A stretch of 32,000 nt of DNA, from assembly GCF_000172995.2 (NCBI RefSeq), contig NC_014729.1, positions 840,001-872,000 of the forward strand, read 5' to 3'. This stretch comes from Halogeometricum borinquense DSM 11551 (GTDB lineage: Archaea; Halobacteriota; Halobacteria; Halobacteriales; Haloferacaceae). The notes under the pieces are model-generated. The model made no database searches. It was not told the origin of the DNA and saw only the letters and a list, made by a program, of their open reading frames with translations. Shown here piece by piece: positions 24,850 through 32,000 of the stretch (the stretch's first letter is position 1; each line of letters begins with the position of its first letter). A program made the translations under genes and the position numbers.

Positions 24850-24948
24850 ATAGTGAACCCCACGAGTGCTCGGAGGGTCATAGTTCAACGAACACGTTCA
24901 ATCTCGTATTCCTGTTACACCGGGTAGGGCAGAGCGCCCCGAGAAAGA

Positions 24949-25101
24949 ATGTTGTTCTGGAAAGATAGCCCCGCTGAAGCGGCCGAACAGTCTACCTACG
25001 AATGTTTCGAGTGCGGTACCGTACTCGGCAACGATTCCAGTCTGGCGACGTGTCCCGACTGCGGCGGTGAACTGAGGAACCGCGGGACACCGCTCGAATG
25101 A
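24949..25101 (+). CDS. small (50 aa) CxxC...CxxC zinc-ribbon protein (rubrerythrin-like / Brz-like micro-protein)
   Basis: My own translation, because the ORF is below the track's size cutoff: MLFWKDSPAEAAEQSTYECFECGTVLGNDSSLATCPDCGGELRNRGTPLE. It has two CxxC knuckles and acidic composition. The ATG is at 24949 and the TGA at 25099-25101. Confidence 0.6.
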   Translation: MLFWKDSPAEAAEQSTYECFECGTVLGNDSSLATCPDCGGELRNRGTPLE

Positions 25102-25256
25102 GATAGGGTCAGTGCGGTTTCAGTGCCCCGTACTGGGGTGTACAAGATGTCTGCACATCTAGAGGGCCACTGACAAATGCAGGCGCCGATATGCTCTCGG
25201 GCGAGGACGAACCGAGAGTAAAAGCTTGATAACCGGTGAGTGCTACTTTCTCGGCA

Positions 25257-26174
25257 ATGGTACGAATCGAACAGAAGGTGCGTGACCTCGTCTCCTCCGA
25301 CCCGGAGATGCGGAACGCCGTCGAAACGGTCCTTGAGCGGGCCAACGACGGCGAAGTCAAATGGGTCGATGTGAAAGGAGACATCACCAGCGGGCACTGG
25401 GGTCGCCTCATCGAGAAAGGCGTCCTCGTCGATGGTGACGAGGGGTTCGAACTCGCTGATCCCGAGGCGGCGCGCGCCGGGTTAGAGAACGGGTCGTCTG
25501 GTTCGTCCGTCTCGACATCCTCGTCGGTCGATACCGATGATCTCGGCGAGTCCTCGTGGTCGAAGTACGACAAGATGGCCGGCGTCGTCACCGTCGGTCT
25601 GTTCTTTGCGTACTGGTGGCAACCGCTCCAGAGGCTCATCGGAAGCACGATGAACGTCATCCTCGGGCCGCTCGTGGAGATCCTGCCGTTCTACGCTGTC
25701 GTGATGATCATCGCGCTGGCGACGGGTCTGTACTCGACGCTCTTGCAGGCGAACCTCATGAATATGGAGAAGATGTCCGCGTACCAAGAGCGGATGAAAG
25801 ACATCCAGAAACGCCGGAAGGAAGCCCAAAAGGCCGGTGACGACGAGGCGCTCGACCGGATTCAACAGGAGCAGATGGAAGCCATGGGTGACCAGATGGG
25901 TATGTTCAAAGAGCAGTTCCGCCCGATGGTGTGGATTATGTTCCTCACTATTCCGGCGTTCATCTGGATGTACTGGGCCATCGGCGTCCGCGGTAGCGGA
26001 GGGCACATCGTGTTGCAGAACATCGTCCTCCCACTCGTCGGCAAGGTCAGTTGGACGGAGGGCGTTCTCGGACCGATGCAGGCGTGGATTGTCTGGTACT
26101 TCCTCTGCTCGATGGGCTTCACCCAGATCATCCGCAAGAGCCTCGACATCGACATCTCGCCCTCGACGTCGTAG
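25257..26174 (+). CDS. DUF106 (EMC3/YidC/Oxa1-like) membrane protein with an N-terminal soluble extension
   Basis: I prefer the ATG at 25257 over the GTG at 25236. The C-terminal ~190 aa have three transmembrane segments and a coiled-coil KDIQKRRKEAQKAGDDEALDRIQQEQMEAMGDQ. That layout is typical of archaeal DUF106, and the gene sits in the conserved position before cmk. Confidence 0.8.
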   Translation: MVRIEQKVRDLVSSDPEMRNAVETVLERANDGEVKWVDVKGDITSGHWGRLIEKGVLVDGDEGFELADPEAARAGLENGSSGSSVSTSSSVDTDDLGESSWSKYDKMAGVVTVGLFFAYWWQPLQRLIGSTMNVILGPLVEILPFYAVVMIIALATGLYSTLLQANLMNMEKMSAYQERMKDIQKRRKEAQKAGDDEALDRIQQEQMEAMGDQMGMFKEQFRPMVWIMFLTIPAFIWMYWAIGVRGSGGHIVLQNIVLPLVGKVSWTEGVLGPMQAWIVWYFLCSMGFTQIIRKSLDIDISPSTS

Positions 26175-26301
26175 GCGGCGGACACCCGACCGGTTCTCTC
26201 TCCACGTTTCGATTTCCGTTACTCCTCTCACTCTTCGGTACGAGTCCGCACACGCATGCGGTAAAGACAACCTCTTTTAGCCATACCGCCCGAGAGTCTA
26301 T

Positions 26302-26880
26302 ATGTTGCTGACTGTCTCCGGCCCGCCGGGTGCCGGAAAGAGTACGACCGTCGCCACACTCGCCGAGGCGTTCGGCCTCGAACACATCTCCGGCGGCGAC
26401 ATTTTCCGCCAACTCGCCGCCGAGCGCGACATGACGGCAGTGGAGTTCAACAAACTCGCCGAGAAAGACGATCAGATCGACCGCGACCTCGACCGTCGTC
26501 TCCGGACCATCGCCTTAGAGCGCGATGACGTTCTCTTGGAGTCCCGACTCGCCGGATGGCTGGCTGGCGACGCAGCCGACATTCGCCTGTGGTTGGACGC
26601 ACCGCTGGACGTGCGCGCGGAACGCATCGCAGAGCGAGAGGACAAATCGCTCGATGTCGCCCGCGAGGAAACGCGCGCCCGTGAGGAGAGCGAGGCGCTG
26701 CGCTACGAGGAGTACTATAACATCGACATCACCGACCTCGGAATCTACGACATCACGCTTAACACGGCACGGTGGAGCGAGGAGGACGTTCCGTCAGTGC
26801 TGAAAGCCGCTGTCGAGGCGTACGACCCCGAGGATGACGAAGGCAAATTCCCCGTCGAGGGCGTCAACTACGACTTCTGA
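26302..26880 (+). CDS. cmk: cytidylate (CMP) kinase, archaeal type
   Basis: [15 protein letters not shown] is the P-loop. The size (192 aa) and the position between DUF106 and cbf5 both fit. Confidence 0.85.
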   Translation: MLLTVSGPPGAGKSTTVATLAEAFGLEHISGGDIFRQLAAERDMTAVEFNKLAEKDDQIDRDLDRRLRTIALERDDVLLESRLAGWLAGDAADIRLWLDAPLDVRAERIAEREDKSLDVAREETRAREESEALRYEEYYNIDITDLGIYDITLNTARWSEEDVPSVLKAAVEAYDPEDDEGKFPVEGVNYDF

Positions 26881-26883
26881 ACC

Positions 26884-27756
26884 GTGACTGACCTCCGCGG
26901 CCCACCCGACGACCGCTCGCTCGACGACCTGCTCTCGTTCGGTGTCGTCAACCTCGATAAGCCGCCCGGCCCCTCGGCGCACCAAGTGGCTGCATGGGTC
27001 CGAGACATGGCCGGCGTCGAACGCGCGGCCCACGCCGGCACGCTCGACCCGAAGGTCACCGGCTGCCTGCCGATGCTTCTCGGCGATGCCACCCGGATGG
27101 CGCAGGTGTTCTTAGAGGGGTCGAAAGAGTACGTTTCCGTGCTGGAACTGCACAAACCCGCACCGTCGGACCTTGAAAGCGTCGTCGCCGAGTTCGAGGG
27201 TGATGTGTACCAGAAGCCGCCCCGAAAGAGCGCCGTCTCGCGCCGACTCCGGTCGCGCGAAGTGTACGACCTCGACCTCCTCGAAGTTGAAGACCGGCAA
27301 GCCCTGCTCAGAATTCGGTGTGAGAGCGGGACGTACATCCGAAAGCTCTGTCACGACATCGGCCTCGCGGCAGGAACCGGCGCGCACATGGGCCATCTTC
27401 GACGGACGGCGACGGACCCGTTCGACGATACTGACCTCGTGACGCTGTACGACCTCTCGGACGCGCTGGCGTTCGCAGAACAGGGCGACGAGAGCGTCCT
27501 CCGCGATGTCGTCGCCCCCGCCGAACGCGCCCTCTCACACCTCCCGCACGTCACCATCGCCTACTCTGCGGCCGAGCAGGTTGCAGAGGGCGCACCGGTG
27601 TACGCTCCCGGCGTGTCCGAGGCCGACGACGCCGAACGCGGTTCGCTCGTCGCTTGCGTCACACCCGACGGTGCGGCGGTCTGTCTCGGCCGACTCGTGG
27701 GCGACCCCGACGCCGAGTCGGGCGAGGTCGTCTCACTAGAACGCGTGTTGGTCTGA
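26884..27756 (+). CDS. cbf5: tRNA/rRNA pseudouridine synthase Cbf5 (TruB family, H/ACA RNP catalytic subunit)
   Basis: The GTG start lies 3 nt after the cmk stop. The TruB catalytic motif ..HAGTLDPKVTGCLP.. is present, and the C-terminal portion is PUA-like. Confidence 0.9.
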   Translation: MTDLRGPPDDRSLDDLLSFGVVNLDKPPGPSAHQVAAWVRDMAGVERAAHAGTLDPKVTGCLPMLLGDATRMAQVFLEGSKEYVSVLELHKPAPSDLESVVAEFEGDVYQKPPRKSAVSRRLRSREVYDLDLLEVEDRQALLRIRCESGTYIRKLCHDIGLAAGTGAHMGHLRRTATDPFDDTDLVTLYDLSDALAFAEQGDESVLRDVVAPAERALSHLPHVTIAYSAAEQVAEGAPVYAPGVSEADDAERGSLVACVTPDGAAVCLGRLVGDPDAESGEVVSLERVLV

Positions 27757-27827
27757 GCCGCCCCGCTGAAACGGTGTGAAATCTCCGCGACCCGACTGTT
27801 TTTCTCCGCCCGACGAGACGCCGACAC

Positions 27828-28919
27828 ATGAACATCGGAAGCGTCGAATCCGAACCCGGCGCGGTCGAAAGCGGGTGGTTCGAGGTGACGGACCTGCCGA
27901 CTGGTGGAACGGAGCGGCTCCCCGTCGTGGTCGCCGAGGGCGAATCTGATGGCCCGACGCTGTGGCTCACGGGTGGCGTCCACGGCGATGAGGCGACCGG
28001 CGTCGCCGTCGCGCAGGACGCGATGCGCGCGGACCTCGCCGAACGCATCTCGGGAACTGTCGTCTGTGTGCCGGTCGTCAACCCCGCCGGTCTCCGCCGT
28101 AACAGCCGGCAGTCGTACTATAACGACGACGATCCGAATCGCTATTTCCCCGACCCCGAATCGTCCTCGTCGCGCCCACCGAGCGTGCAGGAACGGATCG
28201 ACGAACGTCTGTACGAGGCGTTCTCGGAGTCGGCGGACGCGTTGGTTGACCTCCACACCGCCCAAATCGGCTCGATGCCGTTCGTCATCCGCGACCGGGT
28301 GCTGTACGGCGAGCGACGTGAAGAGTCCGAGGCGCAGGCGCTCGCTGAGAGACTTGACCGTCTCGTGTCGGCCTACGGCTTCCCGGTTCTCACGGAGTAT
28401 CCGGCCGAGGAGTACGTCGAACAAGGCCTCCAACGCTCCACGGCGGGCGCGGCGCTGAACGCCGCCGGTATCCCCGCCTTTACGGTCGAACTCGGCGGCC
28501 ACAGCGTTATCGAGGAGGATACCCGCGCGGCGGGCGTCGCGGGCGTCTACGGCGTCATGGTCGAACTCGGCATGCTCGACCCCGGCGATGTTCCAGACGA
28601 CGTGGACGAACCGGGAGCCGGTGTCCCCGACGCGCCGGTGGACTACCCGGTTCGTCGCGCGGTCCATCCACGTGCGGAGACACCCGGACTCGTCCGCCAT
28701 CGTGTCGAACCTGGCGACGTGGTGGCGTCGGGGAATGTCGTCGCAGACGTGGTGTCGCCGCACGGTGAGCAACGAGCGACGATTGAATCCGAGTACGACG
28801 GGTACGTCATCGCCCGGCGCGAGGGAGTAGCCGCTTACGAGGGTGATCCCGTGTTGAGTATGGCCGCTCGTGATGAGGGTGATCTCGTGGTTCCGCGCGA
28901 CGCCGACACCGACGAGTGA
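27828..28919 (+). CDS. succinylglutamate desuccinylase/aspartoacylase (AstE/AspA) family zinc hydrolase
   Basis: ..TLWLTGGVHGDEATG.. is the zinc-binding HxxE motif. Later ..DLHTA.. and a C-terminal beta domain follow. The ORF is 363 aa. Confidence 0.8.
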   Translation: MNIGSVESEPGAVESGWFEVTDLPTGGTERLPVVVAEGESDGPTLWLTGGVHGDEATGVAVAQDAMRADLAERISGTVVCVPVVNPAGLRRNSRQSYYNDDDPNRYFPDPESSSSRPPSVQERIDERLYEAFSESADALVDLHTAQIGSMPFVIRDRVLYGERREESEAQALAERLDRLVSAYGFPVLTEYPAEEYVEQGLQRSTAGAALNAAGIPAFTVELGGHSVIEEDTRAAGVAGVYGVMVELGMLDPGDVPDDVDEPGAGVPDAPVDYPVRRAVHPRAETPGLVRHRVEPGDVVASGNVVADVVSPHGEQRATIESEYDGYVIARREGVAAYEGDPVLSMAARDEGDLVVPRDADTDE

Positions 28920-28996
28920 CTGATGCCACCCCGTGACTGCGCCGCCCCGAAACGAAGCACTTAACGGGTGGACACCCCTTCTCTCGAATACACCCT

Positions 28997-29067
28997 GGGA
29001 CCGTGGGGTAGTGGTATCCTCTGCCGATGGGGTCGGTAGGACCTGAGTTCGACTCTCAGCGGTCCCA
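28997..29067 (+). tRNA. tRNA-Pro, anticodon GGG
   Basis: Hand-folded cloverleaf. The acceptor stem is GGGACCG/CGGTCCC, the D stem GGGT/ATCC and the anticodon stem TGCCG/CGGTA. The anticodon loop A-T-GGG-G-T has T33 and G37. The T stem is CTGAG/CTCAG with loop TTCGACT, and the discriminator is A. There is no encoded CCA and no intron. A T4 run follows at 29071-29074. Confidence 0.9.
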
Positions 29068-29193
29068 TACTTTTCGAGGCGTTACGCGACGAGCGGAGCG
29101 AGTCGCCTGCGCCGTCTGTTAGATGTCACCGGTGAGAGTCGGTCGTCTCTCGGCGCTCACAGTCCTCCTTTTTGCGGTACTGTCAGCGCTCGC

Positions 29194-30021
29194 CTACGCT
29201 TCACTGTCGGTCACCAACTCACGCTCATCTGTCTGCTGGTCTGTCGTCGTCTTCGCCTCGGTCTCCGTCATCGTCCGTTCGTAGATGTAGAAATCCGAGA
29301 CGCGTTCTTCGAACTCATTGGGGATCGTTTCGACTAACTCGAACGCGTCGAACCAACGTTCGACGTCGTCAGTGAACTTGCGGTGGCGGACGTGGAGTGC
29401 GCCCGATGTCGGGTCGTCGCGGTTACTGGAGAGGATGAGGACGAACCGGTCCGCCGAGTCGAACAGGTGACGCATCGACGCCTCGTACACGTCGTCGTCG
29501 ACGAGGTGGAACAGTACCTCCAACGAGAGGGCGACATCGGCGTTCACGTCGGGAGTGTCGGAGAGGGGGTCGTACGTCTCGAACCGCTTCGTCGGGTCGT
29601 CCGCGAATCGTTCTCGACAACGCTTGACGGCACTTTCGGACACGTCGTAGCCGACGTAGGACTCGTACGCGCCGAGTTTGACCTGTCGGCCGTCGCCGCA
29701 CCCGAATTCGACCACCGATTCGACGTCGTGTTCGTCCAGAAAGTCGTTGATGACCGCGGCTTTGAATCGAGCGTGGTCGCCCCGCGACCCCGGACCTGAC
29801 GTCCGGCCCCTCGCGTACCGACGCTCCCAGTAATCGTGTGCATCGAAGTAGTCGTAGTAAAAGCGGCGAGTGACAGGGTGACTCCGCAACTTATCTAGTA
29901 AATTATACTTCATATACCGTTCCGATCCGGCGAGGAGTCCGCGGAGTCCACCCTCTCTGAGGAGCGTCCGGGCGCGGTAGAGAAGCGTTCGGGCGCGCTG
30001 TATGGATGGCCTGAACGGCAT
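29194..30021 (-). CDS. class I SAM-dependent methyltransferase
   Basis: Motif I is ..VVEFGCGDGRQ.., preceded by ..YWERRY..SGPGSRG..FKAAVINDF... The start is uncertain: either the ATG at 30021, which gives a basic repeat-containing 36-aa N-terminus, or the ATG at 29913 (MKYNLLDKL). Confidence 0.75.
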   Translation of the reverse strand: MPFRPSIQRARTLLYRARTLLREGGLRGLLAGSERYMKYNLLDKLRSHPVTRRFYYDYFDAHDYWERRYARGRTSGPGSRGDHARFKAAVINDFLDEHDVESVVEFGCGDGRQVKLGAYESYVGYDVSESAVKRCRERFADDPTKRFETYDPLSDTPDVNADVALSLEVLFHLVDDDVYEASMRHLFDSADRFVLILSSNRDDPTSGALHVRHRKFTDDVERWFDAFELVETIPNEFEERVSDFYIYERTMTETEAKTTTDQQTDERELVTDSEA

Positions 30022-30154
30022 CTTTTGCTTGATATCTCAACCGTCGTCGGCAAAACCTTCTCGGGCGTCTGCGCCGCGTGAATCGCAGGTGCAGTCGTTG
30101 CAGTGCGGATTATAGTACACTGGACGCGACACGGGAATTCATTGGCTGTGTGAG

Positions 30155-30179
30155 CCGATTTGCTGGCTCAGCAAATCGG
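30155..30179. promoter_or_regulatory. perfect 11-bp inverted repeat ccgatttgctg-gct-cagcaaatcgg
   Basis: Read directly. It lies in the divergent spacer between the methyltransferase and the small membrane gene, about 40 nt downstream of a TATA-like ttatag (30110-30115) and about 40 nt upstream of the ATG at 30217. Confidence 0.6.
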
Positions 30180-30216
30180 GGGACCGCTCTTAGGCGTTGA
30201 TTGCTTACTCTGGAAT

Positions 30217-30609
30217 ATGTTCGAACGCTCATCGCTCGGAAGCCAACTCAAACAGGATCTACTGAATAATCTCTCGGTCAGTATCACCGCCGCCGTTCTC
30301 GCGGTTCTCGCACTCGCTGCGCTCACAGCAACTGACCCAGTCGGTGGCGCGCTCTTTCTCGCCGTGAACATTGCCGTCTTCATCCCGTATGCCTACGAAG
30401 CCTATTGGCCGGTTGAATACGACTCACTCCCCGCGGCCGTGTGGACCGTCTCTGCTGCACTCATCACCGCGGGACTCTACATCGGTTTCCACGTACTCTT
30501 CGAGCAATTCGTCTCACCGGAGTTCGTGGAGGTAGCCGCGTTCATCGGAACCGTTGGTGTCCAGTACGGGATTACTGCGCTCTACGCCAGCGTCCGGAAT
30601 ACGACATAA
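30217..30609 (+). CDS. small 4-TM membrane protein, function unknown
   Basis: I prefer the ATG at 30217 (MFERSSLGSQLKQ..) over the track's TTG at 30160, which lies inside the inverted repeat. The ORF is 130 aa with four hydrophobic segments. Confidence 0.5.
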   Translation: MFERSSLGSQLKQDLLNNLSVSITAAVLAVLALAALTATDPVGGALFLAVNIAVFIPYAYEAYWPVEYDSLPAAVWTVSAALITAGLYIGFHVLFEQFVSPEFVEVAAFIGTVGVQYGITALYASVRNTT

Positions 30610-30905
30610 CGATCACGCGTGACAGATGGCAGGCACGCTCAGCGAGACCGCGGCGACCAGCAAGTGAGTTGACGCTCGGAGATGTATGCAGGGAGATATC
30701 GCTGGAGCAGGAGACAATCCGTTCATCAGTCGGACCGACCGACGAATATTCAGCGGGGCCGACGAGTGACAGAGAATCAGCGGACTGAGCAGATACTCTC
30801 CCTTCTTGATGCTGTACTGTTCCGGGATACGAACCCGAATATAAAACTAAGTAGATAATTCACGGAATCAGAACAGTTATCTACAACGATAATTTGAGGA
30901 GAGTA

Positions 30906-32000
30906 ATGCGTATTCGCATCGCTCTTGTCGCTTTCCTACTCTTGCTCGCGGGGTGTTCAGGAACTGACCCGTTCGCGGGCGAGCCATCAAGTGAGATCGC
31001 GAAAACGACGGTCCCATCCACCGAAAAAACGAGAGCACCATCACCGACGGACGCCGCGACCCCGACCAGCGAACCAGCGACCGACCGCGTCAATCCGTGG
31101 GGTCACGAGAATGTGAGCGTCGCCGTCAGCGCTGACCTCGGAACATACGGCTACGGCACGTTTCACGAAGAGATCAGGACAGCACTCGAATACTGGAATA
31201 CCCGAGAAAACACGTCATATCCCGTTCAGTACGAACTGACGAACACGACGTACGACGCCGACATCGTCGTCAACGTTGAACCGCGAGTGAACACCTGCAA
31301 CGGACGAAGAGCCGCGTATTCGTTCGATTACTGCTCGGATGTTCTCTCGGCGGAGGACAGCATCGACTCACAAATCGATGTCTCGATGACCGGTCGGTAC
31401 GACGAGAACGAAACGAGACAGGTCGCAAAGCGGATGTTTGCCGGTCTGTCCGGCACGAAAGACGCCGAAGCGTCCGTCGAACCAGACCCGAACGGGACGC
31501 CGTGGCCGTGGCAGTCAACCGTGACAGTCGGAATCAACGCCAGCGCCGGCGGTAACCGAGACTACAAACCGTTCGTCGCAGAGACTATCGCCTACTGGGA
31601 GAAGAATCAGGACGAGTACGGCGAGTACACAACTGATTTCGAACTTCGTCCGAACGAGCCCTCCCCCGACGTCGAGGTGCGTATCGTCGAATCGATTCCG
31701 AACTGCGGAAAGAACGACAATTCGACCTCCGACGCGCTCGGTTGTGCCTCGGTACTGGACGACGGTGCCCACGCGAGCGATACCGAAGTTGTCAGAATCA
31801 TGTACGACCAGTCCGATGAAAGCATCGTCCAGACGATGAAACACGAGTTCGGCCACCTCTACGGCCTCGAACACGGGGAAGGACCAATGCCACTCATGGA
31901 CGAAACGTATCGCAGTGAAACGCTCCCGCGGCCGAACGCCACCGAACGCCCCCTGCCATGGCGGTCGAACACTCTCTCAGTGTACGTGGATTACTCGAAC
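30906..32000 (+). CDS. lipoprotein with tandem matrixin/metzincin-like modules, 3' end cut by the window edge
   Basis: My own translation; the ORF is absent from the track because there is no stop in the window. The frame is open for 365 codons from the ATG at 30906. The N-terminus is MRIRIALVAFLLLLAGC (lipobox LAGC), followed by a Thr/Pro-rich linker. HEFGHLYGLEH (31842-31874) is the metzincin HExxHxxGxxH motif. An AT-rich promoter region and a GAGGAG lie upstream. Confidence 0.75.
   Translation, partial: MRIRIALVAFLLLLAGCSGTDPFAGEPSSEIAKTTVPSTEKTRAPSPTDAATPTSEPATDRVNPWGHENVSVAVSADLGTYGYGTFHEEIRTALEYWNTRENTSYPVQYELTNTTYDADIVVNVEPRVNTCNGRRAAYSFDYCSDVLSAEDSIDSQIDVSMTGRYDENETRQVAKRMFAGLSGTKDAEASVEPDPNGTPWPWQSTVTVGINASAGGNRDYKPFVAETIAYWEKNQDEYGEYTTDFELRPNEPSPDVEVRIVESIPNCGKNDNSTSDALGCASVLDDGAHASDTEVVRIMYDQSDESIVQTMKHEFGHLYGLEHGEGPMPLMDETYRSETLPRPNATERPLPWRSNTLSVYVDYSN

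Noticed and set aside
27757-27827. The 71-nt spacer downstream of cbf5 as a possible H/ACA guide RNA.
   Set aside because: I could not fold a lower stem / pocket / upper stem with a K-turn. The only ACA overlaps the next gene's start codon. A T5 run (27799-27803) fits a simple terminator better.
27561-28772. A 403-aa minus-strand ORF, the longest unassigned ORF in the track.
   Set aside because: It is fully antisense to the well-supported AstE/AspA-family gene. It is rich in Arg, Ala, Gly and Val, basic, and carries no recognisable motif. Long open antisense frames are expected in GC-rich DNA.
29123-29284. A 53-codon plus-strand ORF after the tRNA encoding a hydrophobic peptide (MSPVRVGRLSALTVLLFAVLSALAYASL..), which could be a type-I-toxin-like small membrane protein.
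   Set aside because: More than half of it is antisense to the acidic C-terminal tail of the methyltransferase, and the mirror of acidic codons gives hydrophobic residues. I see no TATA-like element upstream and no other support. It is worth only a glance in ribosome-profiling data.
29060-31017. A possible attachment-site duplicate. The 9-nt cggtcccat of the tRNA-Pro 3' end (29060-29068) recurs at 31009-31017.
   Set aside because: A 9-nt match is within chance expectation. It lies inside the lipoprotein coding frame, and no integrase is present in the window. An integrated element cannot be claimed from this window alone.

Overview
This is a GC-rich segment with an acidic proteome that reads as haloarchaeal chromosome (class Halobacteria). 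Supporting signs are a Bat/HTH_10-type regulator, Lrp/AsnC and ArsR regulators, archaeal-type cmk, cbf5, gatD, a DUF106 insertase, and TATA-like boxes about 27 nt upstream of several start codons (leaderless style). I can support about 31 protein genes (two cut by the window edges), one tRNA-Pro(GGG), a few hairpin/T-run terminators and some promoter- or operator-like sites. Most genes are housekeeping: gpmI, gatD, carA, type-1 idi, a JAMM/MPN protease, kynureninase, adk, cmk and cbf5. From memory, the order carA-lrp-idi-JAMM ... adk-DUF106-cmk-cbf5 resembles the Haloferax volcanii neighbourhood from HVO_2505 (HvJAMM1) to HVO_2493 (cbf5); that needs a database check. I saw no CRISPR array, transposase, integrase, rRNA or recognisable defence genes, so I cannot honestly claim a clear multi-gene new system. 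Ordinary annotation leaves these items unexplained, in my order of interest. (1) An insulated monocistronic gene encodes a signal-peptide-bearing protein that is about 55% Asp/Glu, with strict hydrophobic/acidic alternation (15004-15507). (2) A 27-bp tandem array of 5.5 units lies between lrp and idi, and also forms a repeat-peptide upstream ORF (11301-11502). (3) A less GC-rich segment follows tRNA-Pro, with a methyltransferase, a small membrane protein and a lipoprotein built of tandem metzincin modules whose first module has lost the HExxH site (29194-32000). (4) A Bat-like regulator plus a Brz-like small zinc-ribbon gene sits inside the conserved adk-DUF106-cmk-cbf5 cluster. (5) A perfect Lrp-type palindrome lies in the carA/lrp divergent promoter. 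All functional ideas are inferences from sequence reading only.
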